In this document: positions 42,808-55,344 of the stretch, in pieces
Numbering within the stretch: the first letter of the stretch is position 1
Layout: each line of letters starts with the position of its first letter
Assembly (NCBI GenBank): GCA_951406725.2
Contig: OX597815.1
Coordinates: 176,390,001-176,454,000 of the forward strand
Reading direction: 5' to 3'
Length of the DNA stretch: 64,000 bases
Source of the DNA: Octopus vulgaris
Taxonomy: Eukaryota
Position numbers and translations under genes: made by a program
The notes under the pieces: model-generated
Databases searched by the model: none
What the model saw: only the letters and a program-made list of their open reading frames with translations
Told to the model about the DNA's origin: nothing

Positions 42808-43502
42808 TTGCTCCAATATGGCCAGCTGCAAGGAAAAACTAAGCTAAGAGCATTAGATTCATTGGAAGAAAGCAGTAAATGTATACAAAAACAAGGACGG
42901 AAAAAAGGACGTTACACAAATACAATAAAAATAATGACAGGTGTGATTCGACTAAGGACGAATTAAATTAATCTGGCGTGTGTGGAAATGAAGCCTGACG
43001 GCAGAGATACAAGATTTGACAAACACAGGGAGGAACATCGATGTTGCACGGACAACGGCCAGACCAAAAAAAAAAAAAAAAAGAACAGGCTTTGGCCGAA
43101 ATCCGGTCACGTGGGAAGAGAAGAGAGAGAAGTAGAAGCAGACGGACAGAAGAATTAAGAAGGGGCGAGAAAAAATGACAGGGACACAGTGAAGTGAAAA
43201 GTGGAGGGAAAGTGAGCAAGAAGAGAAGGCAAAGAAATGTGAGAGAGGGGGAACAAAAGAAAGAAGATCGGAATGAACGAACAAGCGCGAAAGGGCTGAT
43301 TGACAGATATAGAGTTGTACACGATTTAGAAAAATGTATACTTACATATAAGAGACCAAAGTGTATGTACGCCGATATATATATATATATATATATATGT
43401 ATAAAATACCTGTCCTTGTTTTGTATACATTCGCTGCTTTCTTCCAAGGAATCTAATGCTCTTAGCTTAGTTTTTTCTCGGGGCTGGCCAGATTGGAGCA
43501 AC
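42808..43502. repeat. Inverted repeat pair (42808-42898 / 43412-43502) in a (TA)n-bounded module
   Basis: TTGCTCCAAT...AAACTAAGCTAAGAGCATTAGATTC...ATGTATACAAAAACAAGGAC vs GTCCTTGTTTTGTATACAT...GAATCTAATGCTCTTAGCTTAGTTT...ATTGGAGCAA. Confidence 0.88.
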
Positions 43503-43605
43503 CTCAAGTATAATCAGCCGAAATTGCGAGGATAATCTTCGAATGACCTGTTCTTGTTTTCTTTGTATCGTCTATCTGGATATTTTGTGTTCTTGACCCA
43601 ATTTG

Positions 43606-43715
<110 letters not shown>

Positions 43716-44100
43716 GGTGGTTGTCTACTCCTTATGCAGAATTTGATCACCTCCTGTACCTACATCTTAGAACCATCATGGCATCTGATGTGACTTTTTA
43801 AACCAGACAATAACAAAGACTGCATATCCGATTTGAACCACCGAGAGCTGCAGTTATGTTCTGATCTTTGTAGGTCTTAAAATGTCTTTTGAGGCCCCTG
43901 TTAGATTTGCAGACCTTCTGACATACATTGCATTGAGAGGTTTACACGGACTATTGGCAGAAGAGTTGGTGGAAGTTCGTTTTCCATGGGTTTAGCCCCA
44001 CGAGACATCGTCTCCAGCTGGCTATACGACGCGATCTGTGTTCTTATATATTTTTTTCGAACAAGGGAATCTAGCACCCCCACTTAGCTCAAAACAATAT

Positions 44101-44143
44101 CTGTGTATCGCGATTTCTGGGTTATTTCTCTTCATCAGCACAG
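44101..44143 (-). ncRNA. Type-I hammerhead motif (canonical core) at the tip of an extended hairpin
   Basis: Minus strand: CTGTG-CTGATGA-A-GAG-AAATAA-CCC-A-GAAA-TCGCGA-TA-CACAG; 5-bp stem I; flanks 44045-44088 and 44156-44195 are also complementary. Confidence 0.72.
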
Positions 44144-44379
44144 CATAATTGCTCGGCTAGAGGTGGTGCTGCCAAATTCCCGTTCGAAATATATATTCCC
44201 TACACCCACGGATTTATCATCGCACAATTAGCAACTTCCGTTGCTATGTACTGGAGTTTTATAGTGGCAATATGGAAGTACTTGTATTGGATGCTCTGAT
44301 AAATAAACTTTATCGATCATTTATCTACTTTGTGCTAGCCAAACAAACTTTGTCTATGATTGCGATTATTCAACAATAT

Positions 44380-44628
44380 ATACTGCGAACATTTTGGGTC
44401 TTTCTAACTTTCGAATGACGCCACGCCGCTGGCTAGGCCAGCAGACCAACAAGTCAACATGCCCCTTGACCGGAAGACTATTCCGCCACCCATTTATAGC
44501 TGAGAGGACGGGAACAACGCGAAAGGAAATGCTTTGCTCAAGAACAAACGCACCGCCCGGTGCGTGATTCGAACCCACAATCTAACGATCGTGAGTGCAA
44601 GACGCACGAGACCGTGTACCTTCTCACA
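44380..44628 (-). mobile_element. tRNA-derived SINE (C/D-like, diverged)
   Basis: TTTGCTCAAGAACA...GATTCGAACCCACAATC...; shares TTCGAATGACGCCAC with the fragment at 56660-56820. Confidence 0.65.
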
Positions 44629-45899
44629 CACGCACACAAACTTTTATGGAACAGTCAATTTCGAAGCACATAAAGCTGTAAATAATAGCAAGCAAATGTT
44701 GCGTAGTAAAACCATTTTGGATAAATAAAAATAAATCGAAGGCCGCTCATGGGACGCGAACCAACATCTCCTGTAGTCAAACAAAAAAAATAAATGAAAA
44801 CGATATTCTTACATAATCTTATTTAAGTTTCGGATATTTTTGAGTGGCTAGAAGAACTATTTCAGCAATATACACATTGATTTCTTCATATAAAATTTAT
44901 GTAAATCAATACAGTGATTAATTAATTAATTAATTAATTAATTAATTAAGTACGTAAGTAAGTAAGAAATCAATTAATTAATGAAACAGTTTTCGTCTCT
45001 AGCATACTCATCAAACCTTACAGTTAGCATGGTTGATTTTCAGACTTTCCTACAAGCATACGCTGTGCTGGAAGTGGAGTGGCGTGGTTCGTGAGTTATG
45101 AACATAAGTATTTCCCCATCAAAATAATTTCGTCGATGGAACTCCTTCGAAGTAATCGATTATTTGAAGGACATAAAACTACAATGCTTATTAATATAAA
45201 TATTATTATAAATAGATATCTCTCTCTATCACTCTTCCATTACTCCCACTCTTCTCAACGGTGCTCTTATTCTTCCTAAATTCACAACTAAGCACGAAAC
45301 GGATACAATATTAGTGGATAGGAAAACGATCATTGGATTCGAGGGTAGAGACTAGAATAGGAAAGACATGTTCTAGAATTTTGATATTGAATCAAGTGAC
45401 TCAGCAGACGAGACAGATAGAGTGGATATTTATATTTTATACCGTATCGATAAGGAGCTTCTGTAAATGGAGTGGCAGTCTTTATAGAAACAACGCTCTG
45501 TTCACGTTCAATAAATGTAGTAATGTAGTACTAGAGGAAAATAGAAATTGTTTTGAAAATAATAATCAAACTTTCTGGGCATAATATTGGGCCGCGGTAC
45601 TAAACATTATCATCCGTACTACAAACTAAATGAAAATCGACAATGTCAACAAAATCTCCAGCCGTATTAGGGCTCTGATCAAAGCCATGGTTTGTCGGGT
45701 TTCATCTAGAAATCTAGGTTATCAGCTGAAGAGATGTTTTTTTAATGAAAAGAGAATATTATATTGCTGCTTTAACTAAGGCAGGATATACTGTGATAAT
45801 CTTTTATGCTCCTGAGGGAAATGCTGAGAAAATAACTGAGAACAGTAGGCAGCACTAACAAGAGCATAGATACAATAACCATCAAGGTAATATCAGTCC

Positions 45900-47950
45900 T
45901 CACAGTGAGAATCAAAAATTACCTTCCAGATAAAAAGAGCGAATTGTCTAAATAATTCTGTTGTTTCCCGCGAAAACCTTGATAAACATATAATTAAAGT
46001 TGTTCAATTTCTTCCATATCTACTCTATTTATCATATATTATCGCAAATTTTATGATTTTATTCAAATTGTTACTTTCTGTCCTCTACGGCGGTAATGAT
46101 ATCTCATCCATTGGTCAGTTTCTATTTTTAAAAATCACATATAATCCTTCAATTAATATTCAACATCACATCATCATCATCATTGTACGACCGTGGTGGA
46201 GACAATGGAATTTACCATGCTACGCCAGACTTCACGGTCTATCATGGCATTATGGAGGTCCTGTTGCTGGATGCCTGTATCCCTGGAGATTACATCAGGG
46301 TAGGAGAGTGTGCGTCCTCTGGTATTGCGGGTAGATGGCTTCCAGAGGAGAAGAGTAGAAATTACCTCTTTTTCAGCTCTACAACAATGTCCAGCAAACT
46401 GGACTCTCTTACCTTTCACAAGAGATGACACAGGTGGTAGTTTCCCATATATTTGCATTTTGGTTGGATGGCGCTTCCACGAGAGATTTTGAGCTCTCAT
46501 AAGGAGGCGAGTGTAGGTTCCATCCAACCGCCTCTCAAGCTTCTTTGATAACGTCCAGGTTTCTGAGCCATATAGTAGAATTGGTTCGACTGTGGCTTTG
46601 AAGATTTCAAGTTCGAAGTCTCTACTTAGATTTGATGACCAGATCTTATGCATGTCATTACAGGCTGACCAGGCCATACCCTTTCTAGTTAGAAAGTATT
46701 TTCCAGATGATGATATGTATGACCCAAGATATTTGTAATCAGAAACCATATTTAAGGGGGCATTGTTGAGAGTATGGATGATGTAATCACTGTTGGATAG
46801 GCACTTGTTTATGTATTCAGTCTTGACCTCATTGAGGTAAAGACCTATACAATTTGAGGCTTGTTCAAGAGATTGTAAAAGAGACTGGGCATTGGAGAGA
46901 GAATCACTGATAAGAGCGATGTCGTCAGCAAAGTCAGTGTCTGTCAAGTACTCAGCTGGGTGTCTGGAACTTCTTCTTGGTTTTATTTCAAAGCCCTTGC
47001 CAGAGATGGTATCAACTGACATACATAGCACATAATCAACAACAATGATGAAAAGAAATGGGGCAAGTGTGTCTCCCTGCAGTATTCCGGCTTTGATTGA
47101 GAAAGATGATGTTTCTCCGTCAGGGGTTAAGATGGTTGAAGACGTATCTGTGTAGAGGACCTTGATGGCAGAAATGATTTTGTCTGGTGTCCCATAGAGC
47201 TTAAGGATTTCAAACATCTTGTACCTATCTACAGAATCGAACACTTTATTAAATGCTTTTGAAGAATCAAAAGCATTTAATCAACATCACAACATCGAAC
47301 TCGTGCTTAGGTAACATCTCAAAACTCTGGTAAAATCTCAATGAGACCGTTTGCTGTAGTTATATTTGCGTATATATTCTTTCTGAGTTAGCTTATTGCA
47401 CTCACTGGTTAATACTTGCGTCCCTTTACAACAGATTCTTTATTTGTTCTTTGCTTGAATTTATAAATCATCGTTCTTATCGTATTCGTTATTATGATTT
47501 ATACTTGAGCAGCTATAACCAGCGACTTAGTTTCGTGTTACAGGTTTTCATATGACAGTCACAACCACTGCTCTTCATTCTCAACATACTCAGTTTGTTG
47601 CAGAAGTTGACCACGTAATTCCTTCACATTCCAACTATTTTTCTTCCTTTTTTTCCCGTTTTTCAAAATCCTCAATATTTCAGAGGCTTCTTCGATATTT
47701 GTGGCAGCACATAGCATCTTTGCTTCACTATATACAAAATCAGTTTTCATAACCAATATTGCATGACTGATGTCGTCTGCATTTAACCAAATCCCATCAC
47801 TTTCTCTTTCATGACCCATGGATTGTTGTTTCATGACATTTCTTCCGTTTATTTGTTTCGAGTATCTTCTTAATCTTTCTATTGTACTCTTGTATTTTTT
47901 GGAGACTTTCTTTTTTTATTTCTTTTGAAGTGAAAAAGAACCTAGTCCTC
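45900..47950 (-). pseudogene. Old R4/Dong-like LINE remnant interrupted by the RTE insertion
   Basis: 47470-47834 gives SWNVKELRGQLL...EEQWL...HETKSLVIAAQ (consensus W..K.LHGQF...W.WL...ETE.LI.AAQ); 45950-46160 continues with degraded RLE-domain-like sequence. Confidence 0.6.
46171..47280 (-). mobile_element. 5'-truncated RTE-clade LINE with uninterrupted RT C-terminal ORF (46180-47244, 354 aa)
   Basis: FDSV, GILQGDTLAPFLF, DFADDIAL, YKYLGS, ILLYGSETW, FAGHC and R..WR motifs; (TGA)n 3' tail; TSD TCAACATCACA at 46160-46170 and 47281-47291. Confidence 0.95.
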
Positions 47951-48620
47951 CCACAATACCACTTCGTACTTGTCTCCTTCATTACCTCTCAGCTGTCTAA
48001 TGATATCATCTTGCGGTAGATTTATAACATCAGATTTAATATTTGGAGCTCTGTTCACAATTAAAACTGTACATGTATTCATTACAAACTGTGTATCAAT
48101 ACCCTTACTAAATATATTTGGTGTTTAGAGGTAAGAAACGACAAAGTTTGCGGTCATCCATATATCAGACGATTTATTTCCAAGCTCATAGGAAAGTCTG
48201 AATGCTTGTGAGAGGTAAGTATGCTTGTCACATGAATTAACGCAAACACTTTGAATTTCTAGGTACTATATGAATGAAGATTGAATAATTTGCTATTCAA
48301 ATTAAAATTCATAAGACCTTCATAGAATGGAGGGACCTAAGTATCTTTTGTGTACTAGACTCCGTTTCAGCGTGTTCAGGGAATACAAATTTGGTTTCCA
48401 AATGTTTCACAAGATTTCTTTTTTTAAATATTACTTTAACCATGCAATTCCAAGAGGACAGTTCTTAGAGATACCTCCCTCTCAAGACGTTTACACTTAT
48501 CTCAACAAATCTGAAAGAAAACAAAAATCGTGTGTGTCTCACTTCTTACTTCTTTGCTCCCACTTTCTCGGTTCGTCCTCTCTCTCTACCTCTCTTCATA
48601 TACATACATACATACATACA

Positions 48621-48701
<81 letters not shown>

Positions 48702-48848
48702 ATAAATAGTAGGGAATAAATCCAAATTTACAGGGAAAAATCAGATTTAGGATTGAATCCAATTTTATAGTAAAATATTATATTATATTAATTAGAGACA
48801 AAGTCTTTCTTTGTTTGATTTGCATAATAGTGGTTTTGTCTCTAATTA

Positions 48849-48904
<56 letters not shown>

Positions 48905-49070
48905 AGTCATACGATATAGTGTATATTTAAACACATAAGGAATCCACTTATAGGGATTCTACACGCTAGAAAGAACAGCTAGGGTACAGAACCTATCTGT
49001 TCTTTCTAGCGTGTAGAATGCCTATAAGTGGATTCCTTATGTGTTTAAATATACACTATATCGTATAACT
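48905..49070. repeat. Near-perfect palindrome (about 78-bp arms) abutting (TA)n
   Basis: ATACGATATAGTGTATATTTAAACACATAAGGAATCCACTTATAGG...CTAGAAAGAACAG mirrored, with about 3 mismatches. Confidence 0.95.
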
Positions 49071-49482
49071 AATATATATTCTTTTTGACTAAATTTTTTT
49101 ACACGTTAAACCACTGGAAATGTAAATGTTGATTAAATTTTTTTAAATTTTAATTAAATTCCATTTCCTTTTGACATGATTAAATACTATATATATATAT
49201 ATATATATATGGAAACAGGTGTAGGCATGGCTTTGTGGTAAGACGCTTGCTTCCTAACCATATGGTCTTGGGTTCAGTCCCATAGCGTGCTGATTTGGGC
49301 AAGTGTCTAGTAGTCTATCTTGGGGCCAACCAAAAATCGAATACTGATACGGAGTTGGTTGAAAATTGATCAATAATATGATATTTGAATTCATTAACTG
49401 TGATATAGTCGAAAATTTATTGTTTCTCGGTAAATGTGTTTTCATATATCTTTTTCTTTCCATGTATTTGTGTGTGTGTGTG

Positions 49483-49514
<32 letters not shown>

Positions 49515-50951
49515 AAACAATAATGTGCCATCATATTGTAAAAGAATTGAAAATAACTGAGTCGTAAATTTTTAATGCATAAGACATAGTACAACGAAAT
49601 CATTCCAGTAACCCATACGAATAGATTCTTCAGCTGTATATTCTTATAGCACAATACAACGATACATAACTATCATTATTTTTTATTGCTGAACAGCAAA
49701 TTCACTAATGACGATGCAAACGCAATTTACCATTACAGGGAGAATTGAGTAAATAATGGACGAAAATTGTATTTGTGTTTCATTCACTTGACTTGTAAAT
49801 CATGTATGAATTGACAAATAGTGATAAGGTGTGGTTCGAAAAATGAAATTCGGAACATACGTTGAAGGTAAATGAATGTGAGGAAATAGAAATAATCGCC
49901 AAATAATGGTAGAAAGAATCAATTTTGTAAAAATATGCTAACTGAAGTGTTTAGGTACTATTCGACGAGTTATATCCGAGGTAAAGTTCTTTTATGCAAA
50001 ATAATTTAAAAGAAAAACCCAATTTATGATAATTAGTTGAAAAGATTTTGCTGATCTAAAGTTTAGATCGCATTATTAGAAAGATTTAAATGCTTTATTG
50101 GCAAACTAGGAAAATAAGAATAGGAAAGTGAATCTCATTGACCAAGTCATTTAATTTACCTCTTCGTCATCCAATCTTTATTTACTTAATTATTGACATA
50201 ATTTGTTACCGATTGAAACACGTGCTCTAGTAGTCTCGGGCTGAGAGGAAATAAACACTAGTTCCGCCAGTTCAATAAAGGGAGTTGAAACGATGCCTTA
50301 TCTATTTTAAACAAATTGTAATTTATACTTTTATATCAGAAATTAAAATCAGTTAATGACTTTCCTTTAATCATTTCCCACTAAGAAAACAATAGCATGC
50401 TACCAAGTCATGTGACACTTGCTTTGAAAGTACGACGCGTTCCAATTCTTCCTAATTATAATAGATTCATTAGAAAAGCCGACAATTTAGATATGGTGTG
50501 AAACGACACTGCAAAGAAATCATTATTTTGTTACTCAAGGGTAAAAATTATTTTTGAATGAAATATAATATAGAAAATTTATTTGAGATTCAGGCGAAAA
50601 GCATTCTCGCATAACGTCTGTATAACAATTAGATCTGTACTGATATGCTAGTCAAATGAATTTCTTTATAATTTTCTTTTGTTAGCTGATACTAAATTTA
50701 TTTGTATTTAATTTCTGTGGGTAAAGACAAACGCGCAAGCAATTATACTAAAGCACAATGAAGAACGTGGAATCAGTTAGCAGCTTAGTGGGTTAATGGA
50801 GATGAAAGAAAAAGAAAGAGCCGACGTAGCTAAATTCAATATCGTCATTTGTTTGACGAAGCAGTATTTGTACAGTATTTCATGAGTATAACGAAGAAAT
50901 TTCGTTGTTTGTTTAGCTCCTCGATAATTTTTGTATCATAACTTTACATGC

Positions 50952-51036
50952 CTGCGGTAACGTTGATGCTGAGCATCCAATTTTGCATTTTGATAATAAA
51001 CGGCGTCATCTAGAATCTGCATCAAAGGTATCAGAT
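50952..51036 (-). CDS. Candidate internal exon ((N)LIPLMQILDDAVYYQNAKLDAQHQRYR(S)) with a GC donor
   Basis: Poly-T tract upstream; AAG| acceptor at 51038-51037 (alternative CAG| giving an end at 51016); donor CAG|GCATGT; phase 1 to 2 fits neighbours. Confidence 0.4.
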
Positions 51037-52228
51037 CTTTGCTCATCGGAAACATAATTATGTAGCACAAAGAAGAAAAAAAAACCAACAAACAATAAAT
51101 AGGATAAAATAAGAGGTAAAAAAAGAAAAACGAACAAATAATCGAAATGCAATGAGACATGTTTGAAATGAAATATTTCCTAATTACAAATAATTTCATT
51201 TTAATGTTGAAATGATACTATTTTAAAGCTGAAATGATGTCAATTTTCATCATATTTAAATATCATTAAACTTAATATTGGCTTACGTCTAAAAAGAGAA
51301 AAGCAACATGTTGATGGCAATATAACGATAATGTCTTGTTGTATATATTGTCCTATAATGAATATTTTCCAAAGAGCGTAAGGTGTGATTTAAGAAAGAG
51401 TTTAATACTATGCCCAGCTATTGTAGTGACCAAGTCATGGTTCTTACATTTCTGTTAGCAAGTAGTCCATTAATGAAGAGGAAGGAGAATTGTAACTGTA
51501 TACATTGAAAAACAGCCATCACAGCCAGAATTGGTGTGGTGAGGCATATCTGTCATCAGAACCGCAACTGAAAAGTTATTTTAAAGGGATTTATTAAAAC
51601 AGAATTCATTGTAAAGTAGAAAATTCGCAGCAATGGATTTTGTTATTTCCTTAGCTATAATTCCAGAAAGGTTTGAACTACGTAGGATGGGGACACGTGA
51701 CATTGCAGCGTGTCGCTACATCCGCCATTTGTTGGTTTTTGCTCAGGTTGTTCCTGGCACCACTCTGAGCAGTGTCCTAGTCAATTCTCATCTCTGCGAG
51801 ATACTTTCCCCATCCTACTGTGTCCATGTGTATTTGGTCGACCAAAACAATCGGTCACCCCAGCCAGATCCGCCGAGAAAAGCACACGATACGCCGGATC
51901 GAACTCGGAAAAAACGAACAACATAACCAAACAGTCTGAGCTGGTGTCCCAAATCATACAAGTAATAATAGGACGCATCGGTGTTTTTGAGTAGAGTCTT
52001 TGGTTGAATACAAAATCCGCCCAATGGTAATCGGTGATCCTGTGAAGCGTCCTGGTATCAAAAGAGATCAGGTGGTTCCTAAGGGCCCGGACAATACAGA
52101 ACAGGACAAGGAGGACCAGTAGCCTTAAGGCCCGAACCCTTGTCCTCCCGCACAAATTTCTTCCCGAGCGTTAAACTAATATGTCTGTTTGTTGTTTACA
52201 CATCTGTCTTTTGTTGTTTTGTAAATTG

Positions 52229-52280
<52 letters not shown>

Positions 52281-52441
52281 TGAGAAAGTTGGTGTGTGAA
52301 AGCACGTGGTTGAATATATAGAAAATAGTAAAAAGTGAAAAAACTACAGAAGGCTTGTGTTAAAAGGTTAAAAAATATATATTTGAGTCATTATGTCAGA
52401 AGAATGTTATAAATTTGTTTCATACAATGACATAGTTTTTG

Positions 52442-52481
52442 AAGAAATGACCGGTTTCGCGTTCAGCTTTTCAAATTTCTT
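52442..52481 (-). ncRNA. U3:A8 hammerhead-like motif in the left (inverted) pseudo-LTR
   Basis: Minus strand: AAGAAAT-TTGAAAA-GC-TGAAC-GC-GAAAC-CG-GTC-ATTTCTT. Confidence 0.7.
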
Positions 52482-53011
52482 ACATCGTTATGATTTCGTT
52501 GAGAAGTGTAAAGGAGGGTTCCAGGTAAGGGAATGTAATAAGTGATTTCTTCCGGTGTAAGGGAGATAATCGCTTAATATTTCTTGCCATATTTTTGGGG
52601 TGAGTTTCTCTGTATAAGAATGTTGGAGTGGTTAAGTTTGGGCTTATATTTTTCAATGAAGAATGTTTCCTTGCATCGACAACAGATTGCATTCCCAGAA
52701 TACAGAATGATACCCTTTAGTGAGCACATTGAGAAATGCGCAAAACAACTACTACCACAATTTTTAATCTTTCCATTTTACCAATGTGCTTTCGGAACAC
52801 CAACACAAATTAGACTAAACAAGGAAACATTCTTCATTGAAAAATATAAGCCCAAACTTAACCACTCCAACATTCTTATACAGAGAAACTCACCCCGCAA
52901 AAAAGGCAAGAAATATTAAGCGATTATCTCCCTTACACCGGAAGAAATCACTTGTTACCTCCTCTTACCTGGAACTCTCCTTTACACTTCTCAACGAAAT
53001 CATAACGATGT

Positions 53012-53051
53012 AAGAAATTTGAAAAGCTGAACACGAAACCGGTCATTTCTT
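53012..53051 (+). ncRNA. U3:A8 hammerhead-like motif in the right pseudo-LTR
   Basis: AAGAAAT-TTGAAAA-GC-TGAAC-AC-GAAAC-CG-GTC-ATTTCTT; 7-bp stem I, GUC triplet. Confidence 0.68.
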
Positions 53052-53164
53052 CAAAAACTATGTCATAGTATGAAAAAAATTTATAACATTCTTCTGACAT
53101 AATGACTCAAATATATATTTTTAACCTTTTAAAACAAGCCTTCTGTAGTTTTTTCACTTTTTAC

Positions 53165-53216
<52 letters not shown>

Positions 53217-53261
53217 CTGTGTGTGTGTGCGTGTGTGTATGTATATATACACATACACTTG

Positions 53262-53330
<69 letters not shown>

Positions 53331-54485
53331 ATATATGTATGCATTTTTGTATGTGCTTGTGTGTCTATCTATGTACTCGAAGAACTTAACTTCATTTCAC
53401 TCAACCAAGTTTCATTTATATGGCATTATCTAAACAACCAGAATGTGCCGCTTAACGGAATGGAAACTGAAACCGTCTCCTTCAAATCGAGCATTTTACG
53501 CCAACGCACGATCGACACGCGCACACATACACACTTACACAGACTCGCAAACGAACACATACGCCCTCAGAAATAAGGAAAAAAAGTTTAACAAATAATT
53601 GGCAAGTTGTACGTTAGAAGTGAAAAGTAATCAATTATTTGAGTAAAGTTACTGCAATAATGGAATCGTTAATTGCACACGTTATATTTACCACGTATAT
53701 TCATATCCTTTTGACAGTAGGTTAGTTACAACAACTTGATGGTGATTTAATGGGAACTTTTCAAAAAGTCAGTAACAGAAAATGGAAAAAGACAAATAGT
53801 GTGGCTTTTGCTTCGGTATATTTAAATGTTCCTGTCTAAAAGTCTAATACATAAATTTAAAGATAATCCCTTATGTTTGTGCAATGAATAAACTATTTAC
53901 AAGTACCGGTGGTTTGGAAACGAATACATATATATTGCTGCGCATTTAATTCAGGATAAAAGTCGTATCAAAGCCTATCAACGTTCTTGTCACTCTAACA
54001 CAAACTAATAGATTTACGAGTTCTTCATGTTTTAAGTAAAGTAATATCTCAATGCCTATTAGCAGCATCGAAGTCTCTACCTTTGAATGAGATCGTTTAA
54101 CACTTTTTGCTACATTTTCTTATTGGGCTTAAGTCATGCTGTGACACAAACTTACGAGACACGCATATCCTCTCTCTCTCTCTCTCCTTCTCACACACAC
54201 ACATACATATCACGATCTAAATATATATATATGTTACACGACATACATCAAAGACAAACAAGTCTTACACATATATCGATTCTTTACGAGCACTCAGACA
54301 TATATATATATAATTCTCTCTCTATATATACTAGACTATCCACGACCCGTTGAGTCACCGGGAAACTCTGAGTTTTCCAGCAACGAAGTTTTCTTTCGTG
54401 GGTTTTGTTTTCTTTTCCAGGTTATTTCACATGTTTCCAACGAAAGTAACATCGAAATCACGCGTAAATGGCGCCCCCCCCCGAA

Positions 54486-54600
54486 AGATTTGGCTGCTAT
54501 TTCTTGCACACTCTGCTACTGCGTAGCAGATATTTCGGGTCCTTTATCGCAAATAGCTGTTACATGATAACAGAGCGTGCTAGAAATAGCAGCAAAATCT
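54486..54600. repeat. Short inverted repeat (30-bp arms), MITE-like
   Basis: AGATTTGGCTGCTATTTCTTGCACACTCTG / CAGAGCGTGCTAGAAATAGCAGCAAAATCT. Confidence 0.7.
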
Positions 54601-55098
54601 TTGGAAGTGAGATACAATGAATGCACTCGAAAAACGCCTATGGAAAAAAGCCCCAACTATTTCACATTGAGGTTACGAACGGGTCTTTTACGCTATATTT
54701 ACCGTATTTTTAAAGTCATTTTCACTTTAGAATATATTTTAAATTTGCTCCCCCACCCAATTTTTGAATTGTATTCACTTGAAAATAATTTTAAAAAACA
54801 TTAAAATATTGTCTGATTAAAGAAAGCTAAAATATAAATACTTACTGTACAAACAAATTGAATTTTTGAAATTACATTCTCTTATGATGTTTTCTAAATG
54901 ATGAAAATATTGTGTTTAACAAAAGCAAAAATAGAAAACTTTAATGTAAAAAAAATCGTATTTTTTTCGTTATCAACTGCTGTGTCTAATAGAAAGATAA
55001 GAGGTTCTTCCCTTTCAGGATGAAGAATATTTTCCAATTACGCGCCAGTTTGGCTGAGTAACATTGCAAGCAAGCAAGATTCAATCTGCTTTTTAATA

Positions 55099-55177
<79 letters not shown>

Positions 55178-55204
55178 CGCACATACACACACATACATGT
55201 ATGC

Positions 55205-55240
<36 letters not shown>

Positions 55241-55292
55241 CTATATCTATCTATATATATATATATATATGAATGCATTGAATATATGTATA

Positions 55293-55344
55293 TTAATCCC
55301 ACCAGTATATGGCATTACGTGGTGCCATATACTGGTGGGATTAA
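55293..55344. repeat. Perfect hairpin (22-bp arms) near (TA)n
   Basis: TTAATCCCACCAGTATATGGCA-TTACGTGG-TGCCATATACTGGTGGGATTAA. Confidence 0.92.

Larger units (their letters stand above)
52268..53170 (+). mobile_element. 5'-truncated Penelope-like element: GIY-YIG C-terminus flanked by inverted about 350-bp pseudo-LTRs, inserted in (TA)n
   Basis: Arms 52322-52673 and 52820-53170 are reverse complements with few differences; spacer and right arm encode HRQQIAFPEYRMIPFSEHIEKC...FLIFPFYQC...IRLNKETFFIEKYKPKLN; (TA)n at both ends. Confidence 0.9.

Noticed and set aside
43460-43530. Possible hammerhead (GGCTGG...TCAGCC-GAAA-TTG)
   Set aside because: No CUGANGA or UUGANAA core found upstream.
55293-55344. 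piggyBac-type MITE suggested by TTAA ends
   Set aside because: TTAA is part of the palindrome, the ends are TCCC rather than CCC, and there is no second copy; kept only as a hairpin.
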